Part shown: positions 46,806 through 56,115 of the stretch, piece after piece
How positions within the stretch are numbered: the stretch's first letter is position 1
Layout of the letters: every line of letters starts with the position of its first letter
DNA from: Candidatus Saccharimonadota bacterium
GTDB lineage: Bacteria > Patescibacteriota > Saccharimonadia > Saccharimonadales > JAGQNJ01
Length of the DNA stretch: 64,000 nucleotides
Direction of reading: 5' to 3'
Assembly (NCBI GenBank): GCA_036826295.1
Contig: DAISWO010000002.1
Location: 77,963-141,962 of the forward strand
Translations under genes and position numbers: made by a program
Notes under the pieces: generated by a model
The model's input: the letters and a program-made list of their open reading frames with translations, nothing else
The model's database searches: none
Told to the model about the DNA's origin: nothing

Positions 46806-47111
46806 ATGAGTGATAGTGCGACAAAAGCTGATTTTAAGCGAGTAGAAAAAAAGATTGACGGTGCTGTCGAGGATTTATCGCAAATTATTTCTGATTTTGC
46901 TAGTATTGTCGACAACCGTTTCAATAAAATTGAAGAGGATATTGCAGACTTGAAGCGTTCTCACGATAGGCTAGTTAACACCATAGATGGTTTTATTGGC
47001 AGAATAGACAAATACGAGACTGAACTTGCTGCGCGGGATCACAAAATTGACCGATTAGAGAAGTGGATAGAGCAGTTAGCTAAAAAAACAAACACAAAAC
47101 TGACAGTTTAA
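46806..47111 (+). CDS. coiled-coil hypothetical protein (101 aa)
   Basis: Heptad-rich sequence; cassette between SR-A and SR-C. Confidence 0.5.
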   Translation: MSDSATKADFKRVEKKIDGAVEDLSQIISDFASIVDNRFNKIEEDIADLKRSHDRLVNTIDGFIGRIDKYETELAARDHKIDRLEKWIEQLAKKTNTKLTV

Positions 47112-47177
47112 TTATCAATAGGTTTTTGAAAGCCTTTGCTTCACGCTTTTCCATAATTATGTGTCGACAAAATTGCG

Positions 47178-47216
47178 ATTACTTTTGGCAGGCAAAAGTA
47201 ATACAAAAGCTCGAGC
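47178..47216 (+). repeat. structured repeat SR-C (partial: P1 + P2 only)
   Basis: ATTACTTTTG-gcagg-CAAAAGTAAT then ACAAAAGCTCGAGC; parallels the SR-D 5' part. Confidence 0.65.
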
Positions 47217-47282
47217 TATCCGCTTTTATTGACATAACTAATACGGTATATATTGACTATAACGCAATAGTATTGTTAAAAT

Positions 47283-47918
47283 ATGATTATGACGGATATT
47301 GAGCGTGGCGAAGCTACGCCTCCACTTTTTGTAATGCGAACGGGGCTGATTTATTCATCACCTTTCGGCTTTTTTGATGATCTAGCTGATTGTCTTGATG
47401 CTCATGTGATTGTCCCGGACGACATCAGGCAAGACTTTATCGAAACACACGATGTTCCTGAGGGATTAGAAAGATCTGCTCCTGTCAGAGAGATGACACG
47501 GATTATTGCCGAGGACCAAGTTATTCGAGGTTTAGAACAGGGTGACAATGTAGTCTACGAGGGCCTTTTGAATCAAATTGAGCGTAGACAACAATTACGA
47601 GAAGTTGCAGAAAGTTGCGGTGCTTTAACGCTGTTAATTGCTACTAGATCATCTTTTGATGATATCTCAAAGAGGATACATCAACGCGCTAATGGCGAAA
47701 TTGATGGTATAGGCCCAGAAGATCAAGACTGGATAGATAGAAAATTATTTGCCTATCATAGCGTCAAGAAAAATATTGAATGGCCAGACGATGAACCGAA
47801 TTTAATATTGCGTTGCGATTTTGATAGAGATAACGAAGAGCTAATACAGATTGTCGAAAAACGTGTTGAGGTAATGTACTCCAAAGTAACCGAAAGTTGT
47901 AACATACTATTATCATGA
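47283..47918 (+). CDS. hypothetical protein (ATG 47289 possible leaderless start)
   Basis: ORF, visibly GC-richer; overlaps the next ORF by 4 nt. Confidence 0.55.
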   Translation: MIMTDIERGEATPPLFVMRTGLIYSSPFGFFDDLADCLDAHVIVPDDIRQDFIETHDVPEGLERSAPVREMTRIIAEDQVIRGLEQGDNVVYEGLLNQIERRQQLREVAESCGALTLLIATRSSFDDISKRIHQRANGEIDGIGPEDQDWIDRKLFAYHSVKKNIEWPDDEPNLILRCDFDRDNEELIQIVEKRVEVMYSKVTESCNILLS

Positions 47919-48541
47919 GGCTAAACGAAACAGCAACTGAATTACTGACTCCTCAATCTCAAGATCTTATTCGTAGGGAAGCGGATGATTTCGATAACCC
48001 TCGAGGTTATACATTTTCTTTAGCGGTAACAAATATCGGCAAACCATTAACAGTCAAACTAACTCAGGCATCAGAAATAATTGAACCTTATGATCCCGAT
48101 TTGGATGGTGTGATTGATAAAGACCCAGTCTATCGGGATGCATTTATCAGAGGCGGTTTATTAGCGGTCAGACTTTGTTACGAACATTTTGGGTCAAATT
48201 TTCGTGGTGAAATGAGAGATTTTGAACATGGACTAGAGCCTCTTCCCGATCCAAAGGATCCATTTTATCCAGAATCAAGAAAAGATAGAACCGAAGCTTT
48301 AAGGGAATTTTCAGAAGACGGTTGGAAAGTTGCGCAACCTACTTTCGGCGATTTATTTGAGCAATGGGAAGATATAGTTGTGCCTGATATATCAGCACAA
48401 TATTATTTGCGACCAGGTTTTGGTTATATTGTTCAGCTTGCATCAAAAGCTGAAGAGGTGATAGCTAGTAAACTAGAGGCTGTAGCCAGTGCGCCATCAG
48501 ATGCTTGGGATGATGCTATGACAAGAGAGTTGTCTCTTTAA
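47915..48541 (+). CDS. hypothetical protein (208 aa)
   Basis: ORF translationally coupled to 47283..47918. Confidence 0.55.
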   Translation: MRLNETATELLTPQSQDLIRREADDFDNPRGYTFSLAVTNIGKPLTVKLTQASEIIEPYDPDLDGVIDKDPVYRDAFIRGGLLAVRLCYEHFGSNFRGEMRDFEHGLEPLPDPKDPFYPESRKDRTEALREFSEDGWKVAQPTFGDLFEQWEDIVVPDISAQYYLRPGFGYIVQLASKAEEVIASKLEAVASAPSDAWDDAMTRELSL

Positions 48542-48587
48542 GCAAAATTCATATCTTTCTGGCGATCCTGTCAGCTCGTGTAGCTCT

Positions 48588-48766
48588 TATACTTTTGACC
48601 GCCAAAAGTATGGCAAAAGCTCGGGCTTAACGTTTTTTCTTGATTGACTCACTAGTCAAGACAAACAACAGGCTGTGGAACTCATCCATCAATAGATGGA
48701 CTCAAACAGTCCTCGCCTGATAGTTGTTTGTTTGACGTATAGTCATCAGGAAAAAGCCGATGCCCA
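48588..48766 (+). repeat. structured repeat SR-D
   Basis: P1 TATACTTTTG/CAAAAGTAT. Helix ACAAACAAC 48661-48669 / GTTGTTTGT 48723-48731. Core GGCTGTGGAAC. Hairpin TCCATC/GATGGA. GTCCTCGCC. Tail 48746-48766 identical to SR-A 46720-46740. Confidence 0.8.
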
Positions 48767-48853
48767 ACGAAAACTACAAAAGAACGCTCTAAATAGTAAA
48801 ATATGGGGGGGCATTATAATAATGCATATTAAGCTAAGGATAGATCAAACATC

Positions 48854-49252
48854 ATGAACAAGACTTACAATTGGTATCAGACACTGCAAAAGCCGTCATG
48901 GTCACCACCAGAATCGCTGTTTGGCCAAGTCTGGTCGGTTTTGTATCTCATTATTTTTTTCAGTTTTGGCATGGTGTTTTACAAGACAGCCTCCAAAGAT
49001 CTACCTTGGCTGGTAGCCTTGCCGTTTGGCCTCAATCTGCTGTTTAACTTTGCATTCACACCTTTACAATTTGGCCTCAAGAACAACCTACTAGCATCAA
49101 TCGATATTCTATTAGTGGTCGTCACGCTAATCTGGGCATTGATAGCAATTTGGCCACACATGCGCTGGGTAGCCCTAGTAAATGTTCCATATCTTCTCTG
49201 GGGCCTCTTCGCCACCGCCCTCCAACTATCCATTACTTATCTAAACAGATAA
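48854..49252 (+). CDS. tspO: TspO/MBR-family tryptophan-rich membrane protein
   Basis: WYQTLQKPSWSPPESLFGQVWSVLYLIIFFSFG and 4-5 TM helices. Confidence 0.8.
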   Translation: MNKTYNWYQTLQKPSWSPPESLFGQVWSVLYLIIFFSFGMVFYKTASKDLPWLVALPFGLNLLFNFAFTPLQFGLKNNLLASIDILLVVVTLIWALIAIWPHMRWVALVNVPYLLWGLFATALQLSITYLNR

Positions 49253-49290
49253 CAAAATTGTTTTTTGCGAGTAAGAACTCGCTTATCTTC

Positions 49291-49480
49291 CATACTTTTC
49301 TCAGTAGCAAGAAAAGTATGCAAAAGTGCCATGCCGACTGTTTGTTCTTGATATAACTTCTAGTCAATGCCTACAACAGCCTGTGGAACGACAAGCGCCC
49401 CGAATTATTGTTTTTGAGTATGAATTCGGGGATGTCCTCGGCTAACTAGTTGTAGGATTGACGGTGTTATTCAGGGACAA
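49291..49480 (+). repeat. structured repeat SR-E
   Basis: P1 CATACTTTTCT/AGAAAAGTATG 49291-49320. Helix CCTACAAC 49370-49377 / GTTGTAGG 49449-49456. Core CCTGTGGAACGACAAGCG. Hairpin CCCCGAATT 49398-49406 / AATTCGGGG 49423-49431. ATGTCCTCGGC. Confidence 0.85.
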
Positions 49481-49546
49481 CAGAGGCAACCAGAATGCAA
49501 TTGGGTTAAAAAAAACACCGCCCTAGAACTTCTATCACATTTAGCC

Positions 49547-49552
49547 TAAAAT
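49547..49552 (+). promoter_or_regulatory. -10 box TAAAAT 7 nt before ATG 49560 (leaderless R-M operon mRNA)
   Basis: read directly. Confidence 0.4.
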
Positions 49553-49559
49553 AGGGGTA

Positions 49560-50423
49560 ATGGGGCAGAAAATTCTTGAAGGTATTATAAAAAAAGCATA
49601 TTTTTCGGATAAGGGTTTTGTGCTTTTTAAAGATAATTCTATTGAATTACTCCAGAAAATCCCTGAAAACAGTATTGATATGATTTTTGCGGATCCTCCA
49701 TATAATCTATCAAATGGTGGTTTTACTGTACACGCCGGCAAAATGGTAAGTGTGAATAAAGGCGAATGGGATAAGAGTAAGGGGCTAAAAGCAGATTTTG
49801 ATTTTCATATACGATGGCTCGAGGAATGCTATAGGGTTCTAAAGCCAAATGGCACTATTTGGGTTAGCGGTACGTACCATTCTATATATCAGTGTGGATA
49901 CGCACTACAACTGCTTGGTTATAAAATTTTGAATGACATCGCATGGTTTAAACCAAATGCGTCCCCAAACCTAAGCTGTAGATATTTTACTGCCAGCCAC
50001 GAGACTTTACTGTGGGCAAGAAAAGACCCGAAGGGAAAGCATACTTTCAATTACGAAGTGATGAAAGGCTGGACAGATAACTACAAAAAACCGTTCAAAT
50101 CACCTACAACTGGCAAACAAGAATATATTGAGATTATGCATGAAGCAGGGAAGCAGATGCGCTCCGTGTGGGCCATAGGTACACCAAAACGAGAAGAAAA
50201 GACATTCGGTAAACATCCAACCCAGAAACCCGTAGCACTACTAGAGCGGGTCGTACTCTCTTCTACTAACAAAGGCGACGTAATCTTGGACCCCTTTACT
50301 GGCAGTTCTACAACAGGGATAGTAGCAGCAAAAAACAACAGGAAATTTATTGGAATAGATCTAGACAAAGAATACCTAGAAGTTTCAATAAAGAGATATA
50401 ATCTACTGAAAGCCGTGAAATGA
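49560..50423 (+). CDS. beta-class N6-adenine DNA methyltransferase, DpnA (M2.DpnII)-like, probable GATC specificity
   Basis: DMIFADPPYNLSNGG (motif IV) precedes ILDPFTGSSTTG (motif I). Long collinear similarity to my recollection of DpnA (SPNLSCRYFT, GKHPTQKP). Confidence 0.88.
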   Translation: MGQKILEGIIKKAYFSDKGFVLFKDNSIELLQKIPENSIDMIFADPPYNLSNGGFTVHAGKMVSVNKGEWDKSKGLKADFDFHIRWLEECYRVLKPNGTIWVSGTYHSIYQCGYALQLLGYKILNDIAWFKPNASPNLSCRYFTASHETLLWARKDPKGKHTFNYEVMKGWTDNYKKPFKSPTTGKQEYIEIMHEAGKQMRSVWAIGTPKREEKTFGKHPTQKPVALLERVVLSSTNKGDVILDPFTGSSTTGIVAAKNNRKFIGIDLDKEYLEVSIKRYNLLKAVK

Positions 50424-51280
50424 TTGATAAAGATTTTGATAAACTGGTTTCAACTTTCAAGAGTTCAATTAAAACCTGGGACTATTTTGTAAATTGGGAC
50501 AAAGTTTATTTAAATTCATCGGAACTTGAAATCGCCCTAAACAAGCTAAATTATTTACTCGGCAAGGAAAAGCTCGAAGAAGAGTTTATAAAATTATATG
50601 CTGATAACTCAGATATAGTTAAAGCACTGCCAGCACTATTGGCAATTAGAGAAAAGAAAATTGAGATTTTTGACAAAGCAACTAAAGATTCAGAATTTTT
50701 TAATTTCAATGATCAATCCGCTGGCGCAAAAAAATATTTCGAATTTATTGAGAAATCTGGACTTGCCAAACTTTTTAAAGAAGATGGGGTCAAGAATCTT
50801 GTCGACTATGTATTAGGGGTTGAGGTAGGGCTTGATAGCAATGGCAGAAAAAATAGAGGCGGTACGTTAATGGAAGACATTGTCGGCACTCTCTTAGCGG
50901 ATTTTTGCAAAGATAATGACTTACAACTAATGTCGCAAGCTACTGCAAAGAAAGTTAAAAATATTTGGGATATTAATATAAAAGTTGATAAATCTGCGCG
51001 AAGTTTCGATTTTGCAGTTTATAACCCCAGAAGTAATAATATAAAGTTATTTGAAGTAAATTTCTATAATGGGGGAGGCTCTAAGCTCAAAGCCGTTTGC
51101 GGTGAGTTTCGTAGTTTGTACGATGAGTTAAAGTCTCAAAGCATTGATTTTGTTTGGATTACAGACGGTTTGGGGTGGCATACTACTAAAAAACCACTTG
51201 AAGAAACTTATAATCATAACGAATTTGTCTTTAACCTTACCATGATCGAAAACAATATATTACAGCGTATGGAGTGGTAG
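50420..51280 (+). CDS. type II restriction endonuclease, DpnII/MboI family (GATC)
   Basis: LVDYVLGVEVGLDSNGRKNRGG, EVNFYNGGGSKL, WITDGLGW match remembered R.DpnII blocks; ATGA overlap with the methylase gene. Confidence 0.85.
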   Translation: MIDKDFDKLVSTFKSSIKTWDYFVNWDKVYLNSSELEIALNKLNYLLGKEKLEEEFIKLYADNSDIVKALPALLAIREKKIEIFDKATKDSEFFNFNDQSAGAKKYFEFIEKSGLAKLFKEDGVKNLVDYVLGVEVGLDSNGRKNRGGTLMEDIVGTLLADFCKDNDLQLMSQATAKKVKNIWDINIKVDKSARSFDFAVYNPRSNNIKLFEVNFYNGGGSKLKAVCGEFRSLYDELKSQSIDFVWITDGLGWHTTKKPLEETYNHNEFVFNLTMIENNILQRMEW

Positions 51281-51506
51281 GGGACGGATACTATAAATTA
51301 ACAATACAATTGCCCTTGTATTCTATAAGTTAGTATATTTATCGTTATTCAGAACACATTAGAATGTATATGGAAATGAGAGCGTGGCTATCCACACATA
51401 AAACTGGGACAGTCTATTCAAAACTTCCTATTCATGAATATTGCACATATGAGTCGTTCGTTTGCAACTGGTCATTTTTATGTTCATGTAATACAATTAG
51501 AAAGAT

Positions 51507-53507
51507 ATGTTGTCAGATCTAGACATCAAGCTAACCTATAGCTCTGCATATGATGACATTGTTAACGATTTTTTTATTCCAACTTTAAAACAATCGATTT
51601 CATATGATAGAGTCGCAGGGTATTTTTCTCCGTCAGTGTTAGCACTCGCTTCGGTTGGCATTGCTAGTTTCGTAAAAGAGAAAAAAGGAAAAATTAGAAT
51701 TATATGCAGTGTGAATATTAGCTCTAAGCTTTGCGATGCGATAATGGAAGACGACGGCTCGAAAATATCATTAGACGAAATGTCGGTAACAGAGCTAACT
51801 TCTGAACTCGAGAAAGACTATTATAGACTGTTTGTAAAAATGTTAAATGCAGGAATTATAGAATTAAAGATTGTTGCTATGGATAATGCGTTTAATATTT
51901 TTCATTCAAAAATTGGCATATTAAAAGATTCAGCTGGAAATGCCGTTTCTTTTGTCGGTTCGGTTAATGAAACATCAAACGCGTGGCAAGGAAATATAGA
52001 GGATTATCCAACTTTTACATCCTGGCGTCCTGGCGGGCAAGAATATATAGATAAATATATGTCAATATTTGAAGCATACTGGAATGGGGACATACCTAGA
52101 TCTACCACATTCAGCCTCAGTAAATCAGTGATTAACCGCATCCAAGAAATTTCAGGTGCTAACCAATTTGAGACCACTGAATTAGTTAAAAAAATCGAGA
52201 GCAAGTTGGTTGAAGAGAAAAAGAAACCCTATAAATATCAATTGAAAGCAATCGAGAACTGGAAAAATGCAAATTATAACGGGATATTTGCAATGGCAAC
52301 AGGGACCGGAAAAACATTTACGGCACTATGCGGATTAAAAGATTATTTCTTATCATCCGACGTCAATGTTGCTATCGTTGTCGTGCCACTAGCGCAACTA
52401 GTGTATCAATGGGTGGAGGAGATTAAAGACCATGAATTTTTCGCTAAAGCAAATATAATTATGGCACCATACGCTAGAGACTGGAAAAAAACAATAAAAG
52501 ATGAGCTATTCTACAATAGCGGGGGCAATAATTTAATCGTGGTCACTACTTATTCAACGTTTTTCACGGAAGATTTCATAAAAATCTTTAAGAGCTACGG
52601 TAAGACAACAATGCTGATAGCTGATGAGGTACACAACGTTGCTGGTGGCGCTAGACTTGAACATTCTGACTTTATATCAGAATTTCATTCAAAGTTGGGG
52701 TTAAGTGCGACACCGTTAAGCATTTGGTCAGAAGATAATTCTAATCAAATGATTGATTTGTTTGGGGGTGTGGTATATGAATACAGCTTAGAAAAGGCAT
52801 TGAAAAAGAATGATCTTACAAATTTTGATTATGAATACTTTGAAGTTCCACTGACTCAGCAGGAGTTTGAAGAGTATGTAGACCTATCGAAAAAAATATA
52901 TCCAAAAACAAACGAAGACAAAAAATTATCTGGAACAAGTGCAGAAATAAAAAGAGCAAACATAAAGAAGAATGCAGAGCAAAAAGTTTTAATGCTCGAA
53001 AAAAAACTTGCAACGCATAGTTTTGACATTAAAAAAACTTTGATTTACGCAAACGATCAAATTCAATTAGATAAAATACAAAAAATGATGGATGTCCATG
53101 GTCTAAAAACAAGTAGATTTACCGGTGAAGAGAAAAACCCAGTATTAAGAAAAAGCATTATCGAAAACCTCGAAGATGAGATATATGATGCAGTAGTTGC
53201 AATCAAATGTCTAGATGAAGGAGTAGATATTCGTTCAGCCCAAACCGCCTACTTAATTTCGAATAATACGGAGCCAAGGGAGTACACTCAACGATTAGGG
53301 AGAGTACTTAGGAAGTGTGAAGGTAAGAAGCTATCTTATGTAGTGGATTTTGTTGTTGTGCCCCCCGAGTCGTTTCGAGACAATAAATACGGAAAGCAAT
53401 TAGTTAAAAATGAACTAAAAAGAGTCGGTTTCTTCTCTGATCTTGCATCGAATAGTTCGGATGTTGCGGGTCATTTAATTGATACTAAACTAAAATACGG
53501 TATATAA
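51507..53507 (+). CDS. HKD(PLD)-family nuclease fused to SF2 (ResIII/DEAH-type) helicase
   Basis: FHSKIGILKD..GSVNETSNAW; helicase motifs AMATGTGKT, IADEVHN, SATP, QRLGRVLR. Confidence 0.85.
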   Translation: MLSDLDIKLTYSSAYDDIVNDFFIPTLKQSISYDRVAGYFSPSVLALASVGIASFVKEKKGKIRIICSVNISSKLCDAIMEDDGSKISLDEMSVTELTSELEKDYYRLFVKMLNAGIIELKIVAMDNAFNIFHSKIGILKDSAGNAVSFVGSVNETSNAWQGNIEDYPTFTSWRPGGQEYIDKYMSIFEAYWNGDIPRSTTFSLSKSVINRIQEISGANQFETTELVKKIESKLVEEKKKPYKYQLKAIENWKNANYNGIFAMATGTGKTFTALCGLKDYFLSSDVNVAIVVVPLAQLVYQWVEEIKDHEFFAKANIIMAPYARDWKKTIKDELFYNSGGNNLIVVTTYSTFFTEDFIKIFKSYGKTTMLIADEVHNVAGGARLEHSDFISEFHSKLGLSATPLSIWSEDNSNQMIDLFGGVVYEYSLEKALKKNDLTNFDYEYFEVPLTQQEFEEYVDLSKKIYPKTNEDKKLSGTSAEIKRANIKKNAEQKVLMLEKKLATHSFDIKKTLIYANDQIQLDKIQKMMDVHGLKTSRFTGEEKNPVLRKSIIENLEDEIYDAVVAIKCLDEGVDIRSAQTAYLISNNTEPREYTQRLGRVLRKCEGKKLSYVVDFVVVPPESFRDNKYGKQLVKNELKRVGFFSDLASNSSDVAGHLIDTKLKYGI

Positions 53508-53529
53508 TGCAAGATATTAAGGTTAGGAT

Positions 53530-53712
53530 ATGAGCACAACGATCAATAAGACAATACTTGCACAGATTGACTCCTCTAATTATTCGGACGAGGTAAAGTA
53601 CCTTGTTACTCAATTTATCCAGAAGGAAAAAGAACATTTTGAATCTCATCTAGATTTTGCAAAAGAACTTGATAAATTAATTAAAGTTGTCACAGATGAA
53701 AAGTTTAAATAG
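53530..53712 (+). CDS. small hypothetical protein (60 aa) of the defence operon
   Basis: ORF with AGGTTAGGA SD-like sequence; 3' end overlaps the ATPase start. Confidence 0.45.
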   Translation: MSTTINKTILAQIDSSNYSDEVKYLVTQFIQKEKEHFESHLDFAKELDKLIKVVTDEKFK

Positions 53713-55597
53713 CATACGAATAAAAAACTTTATGTGTTACGAAGATCAAACTATTGATTTTGAAAAAGATATTGGTCTATATTTGATTACTGGCGATAAC
53801 AACGCTGGTAAATCAACGATTTTTAACGCCATTAGCTGGTGCTTTTTCGAGAAAACTCCCTTCAGAAAACCAGGAGACGATATAGATATTGAGTTCTCGG
53901 GTAAATTAAAAGGTGCACCTACAGAAATCGAAGTACGCTTCACGCTGGACAACAATAAATTTTCAATATTTAGAAAGCTCGGCGGGTTGAATGGTTCGAA
54001 GCAAGTAGTGTCAAGTGTTAGTAAGAGCGGCGGTCTACAACCCATTTATTTTCATGCCGACGATTTAATATCGAAATTTTTACCAGAAAATATTAAGCAT
54101 TTATTTATGTTTGATGGTGAGATGATTAAGAATTTGTTTGACGATGATACAAGAGAAGGATTAAAAAACAGCATAAAATACATTAGCGACATAAACGTGC
54201 TAGAGCGTGCGAACCGTCATATAAGTAGTGAAGCTACCAAACTTTTAAAAAAAACCACCACAGATCGGAAGCAGTCTGAGCAGATCGATCAATTAGAGTC
54301 GACAATAGATAACAACAACACAAGAATTGAAGATTTTAAGAAAAAAGTCTCAGAGAAAAATAAAAGGATAAATGAGAATAAACAACGCTTGGATGATTTG
54401 GACGAACGGATAGAGAAAAACAAAGGTTATGAAGATCTATTGGCTATAAAAAATCGGAGCAACAACGAACGCAAAAAATCCGAAGAGTTAATAGAACTTG
54501 AAGAAAAAGATATGTTCAAGATGCTGACAGAGATTACACCCTTCATAATGGTTTACGACAAAATGTCTAAATTAGTAGGCACAATTGACGAAGAGATTGA
54601 CTTACACAATCTCCCAGCACCTATCGAACCATCTGAGCTCAAAAAGTTTGTTAAAGATGGGAAATGTGTTTGTGGGACGAAGGTAGACGAAAAGATAGAA
54701 AAACATTTTTTGAAACTGATCGACGAGTATTCGAAAGTTAATGAGAAGCAATATATTGTAGACATCTCAAAAGACTTCTGGTCTATTACGAATTCCATAA
54801 AGGATCTTACGAGTAAAATTGAGGACTCTCGCTCTAGGATAGCGAAAAATCGGCAATATAAAAACGAGCAAAATCTAGAGTTTGATATGGCGGTAGAAAA
54901 GCTAGATAAAATCCAAAGCATAGATCCCGAAGCTGACAAAGCATCCAGGAGAGATTTAATCGACTTGAATAATAAGTTAACTGAAGAAGTTACTGATTTG
55001 AAAAGAGATATTGTGCAGCTCGAAGCCGATGTGAGAAATGACACTATTACGAGAGATAACATACGACGAGATTTAGCGAAAGCCGAAGGAAAGAATTCTA
55101 AAATTAACCTACTACAAGAAGCAATGCAACTTATTGAGGAAACCATCAAAAAGACAACTCATGACACTAAGAATTTAATCGAAAGAAAGTTTAATGACAC
55201 ATTTTTAGAGCTGTCCGGAACAACAAATTTCACCGGGATAAAAATGGAGGACGACTATTCAATAATGCTAAAAACGGCTGATGGTTCGTACAGGGGGCCA
55301 TCTGGATTTGGGACTGGTTATCATAAAATGCTAGGCCTTTCTATTGTCTTTGCCTTGAGCGAACACCTAGATAATTCAGATTTTCCAATAATGGTTGACA
55401 ACCCTTATGATTCAATCGCTCCAGAGCATAAGCCGACGATTAATAGTTACCTAAAAAAACTCTCGAAAAAGAAACAGGTAGTAGTGACTGCCCTTGATGA
55501 AGAAGAGATGCTTGAAGGATTTAGCAAGGATGATGTAATGCGTCATTTTTTTATATCTCAGAAAAATAATGTTTCTAGTGTGGAGATAAAAAAATGA
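53696..55597 (+). CDS. SMC/Rad50/DndD-like ABC ATPase with long coiled coil (ATG 53696; TTG 53687 alternative)
   Basis: IRIKNFMCYEDQTIDF..ITGDNNAGKST Walker A. About 300 aa K/E/L-rich. CVCG in the middle. C-terminal GFGTGYHKMLGLSIVFAL..FPIMVDNPYDSI (signature/Walker B-like). Confidence 0.8.
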   Translation: MKSLNSIRIKNFMCYEDQTIDFEKDIGLYLITGDNNAGKSTIFNAISWCFFEKTPFRKPGDDIDIEFSGKLKGAPTEIEVRFTLDNNKFSIFRKLGGLNGSKQVVSSVSKSGGLQPIYFHADDLISKFLPENIKHLFMFDGEMIKNLFDDDTREGLKNSIKYISDINVLERANRHISSEATKLLKKTTTDRKQSEQIDQLESTIDNNNTRIEDFKKKVSEKNKRINENKQRLDDLDERIEKNKGYEDLLAIKNRSNNERKKSEELIELEEKDMFKMLTEITPFIMVYDKMSKLVGTIDEEIDLHNLPAPIEPSELKKFVKDGKCVCGTKVDEKIEKHFLKLIDEYSKVNEKQYIVDISKDFWSITNSIKDLTSKIEDSRSRIAKNRQYKNEQNLEFDMAVEKLDKIQSIDPEADKASRRDLIDLNNKLTEEVTDLKRDIVQLEADVRNDTITRDNIRRDLAKAEGKNSKINLLQEAMQLIEETIKKTTHDTKNLIERKFNDTFLELSGTTNFTGIKMEDDYSIMLKTADGSYRGPSGFGTGYHKMLGLSIVFALSEHLDNSDFPIMVDNPYDSIAPEHKPTINSYLKKLSKKKQVVVTALDEEEMLEGFSKDDVMRHFFISQKNNVSSVEIKK

Positions 55598-56058
55598 TAG
55601 ATTCTGAAAATTGGCCAGCAGTAAAAACATCGAAAGAAGTTCACGCGCAAATCGAAGATCTTCAAAATTCCGAAGGGTTTTTCCGAGGGATGAACCAGAT
55701 AGAGATTATGAAACTTGGAGCAGCTCATACTATTAAGAATGGACTGTCGGCTCCAGCAGAACATAAGAGAGAAACCGATATATCAGCACCTAAATATGTA
55801 GCGAGCAAAGAAACTATGTATGTAAACCTACGTATGCTTATGCTGTTATGTTACTCTACCGATTCTGGTATCAAAATTAGCGATGATTTTGAAAGAATTG
55901 ATATTGTTAAAACTTTTGAAAGATTTGCCGAAGCAGGTATTAGGGACCTGCATGATAAATACATAATTGGGAGCGATACACCCGAAGACTTTCTCAGACT
56001 TGCTTTTGAAGATGCACAATCGGTGAAACCAGCAATAGAAGAAAAGTTATCGAATTAG
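55594..56058 (+). CDS. small protein, tentatively DndE-like (DUF1832-type) DNA-binding protein
   Basis: VKTSKEVHAQIEDLQNSEGFF..IMKLGAAHTI resembles the DndE N-terminal pattern as I remember it; ATGA-coupled to the ATPase. Confidence 0.4.
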   Translation: MIDSENWPAVKTSKEVHAQIEDLQNSEGFFRGMNQIEIMKLGAAHTIKNGLSAPAEHKRETDISAPKYVASKETMYVNLRMLMLLCYSTDSGIKISDDFERIDIVKTFERFAEAGIRDLHDKYIIGSDTPEDFLRLAFEDAQSVKPAIEEKLSN

Positions 56059-56115
56059 GTTAGGAGGTCAGGGGGGGTTTGAGGGGCGTCCTCTAACGGA
56101 TAGGGAGAATTTGAA

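Noticed and set aside
46556-46924. Minus-strand ORF of 122 aa spanning SR-A
   Set aside because: It runs through the structured repeat and is antisense to the start of ORF 46806. Similar repeat-derived ORFs (49150..49356, 57596..57823, 56263..56475) are rejected for the same reason.
49370-49456. SR enclosing helix as an integron attC site (R''/R' cores)
   Set aside because: The helix ends (CCTACAAC/GTTGTAGG, ACAAACAAC/GTTGTTTGT) do not fit RYYYAAC/GTTRRRY. The elements are larger than attC, two copies are inverted, and no IntI-like gene is in the window. Only the cassette-like layout is retained as an analogy.
51364-51522. Cys-rich 52-aa ORF (MYMEMRAWLSTHKTG..CCQI) upstream of and overlapping the nuclease-helicase start
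   Set aside because: There is no SD or promoter, the region is AT-rich and prone to random ORFs, and a TACAAT box for the helicase gene lies inside it. It is kept only within the span of the defence finding.
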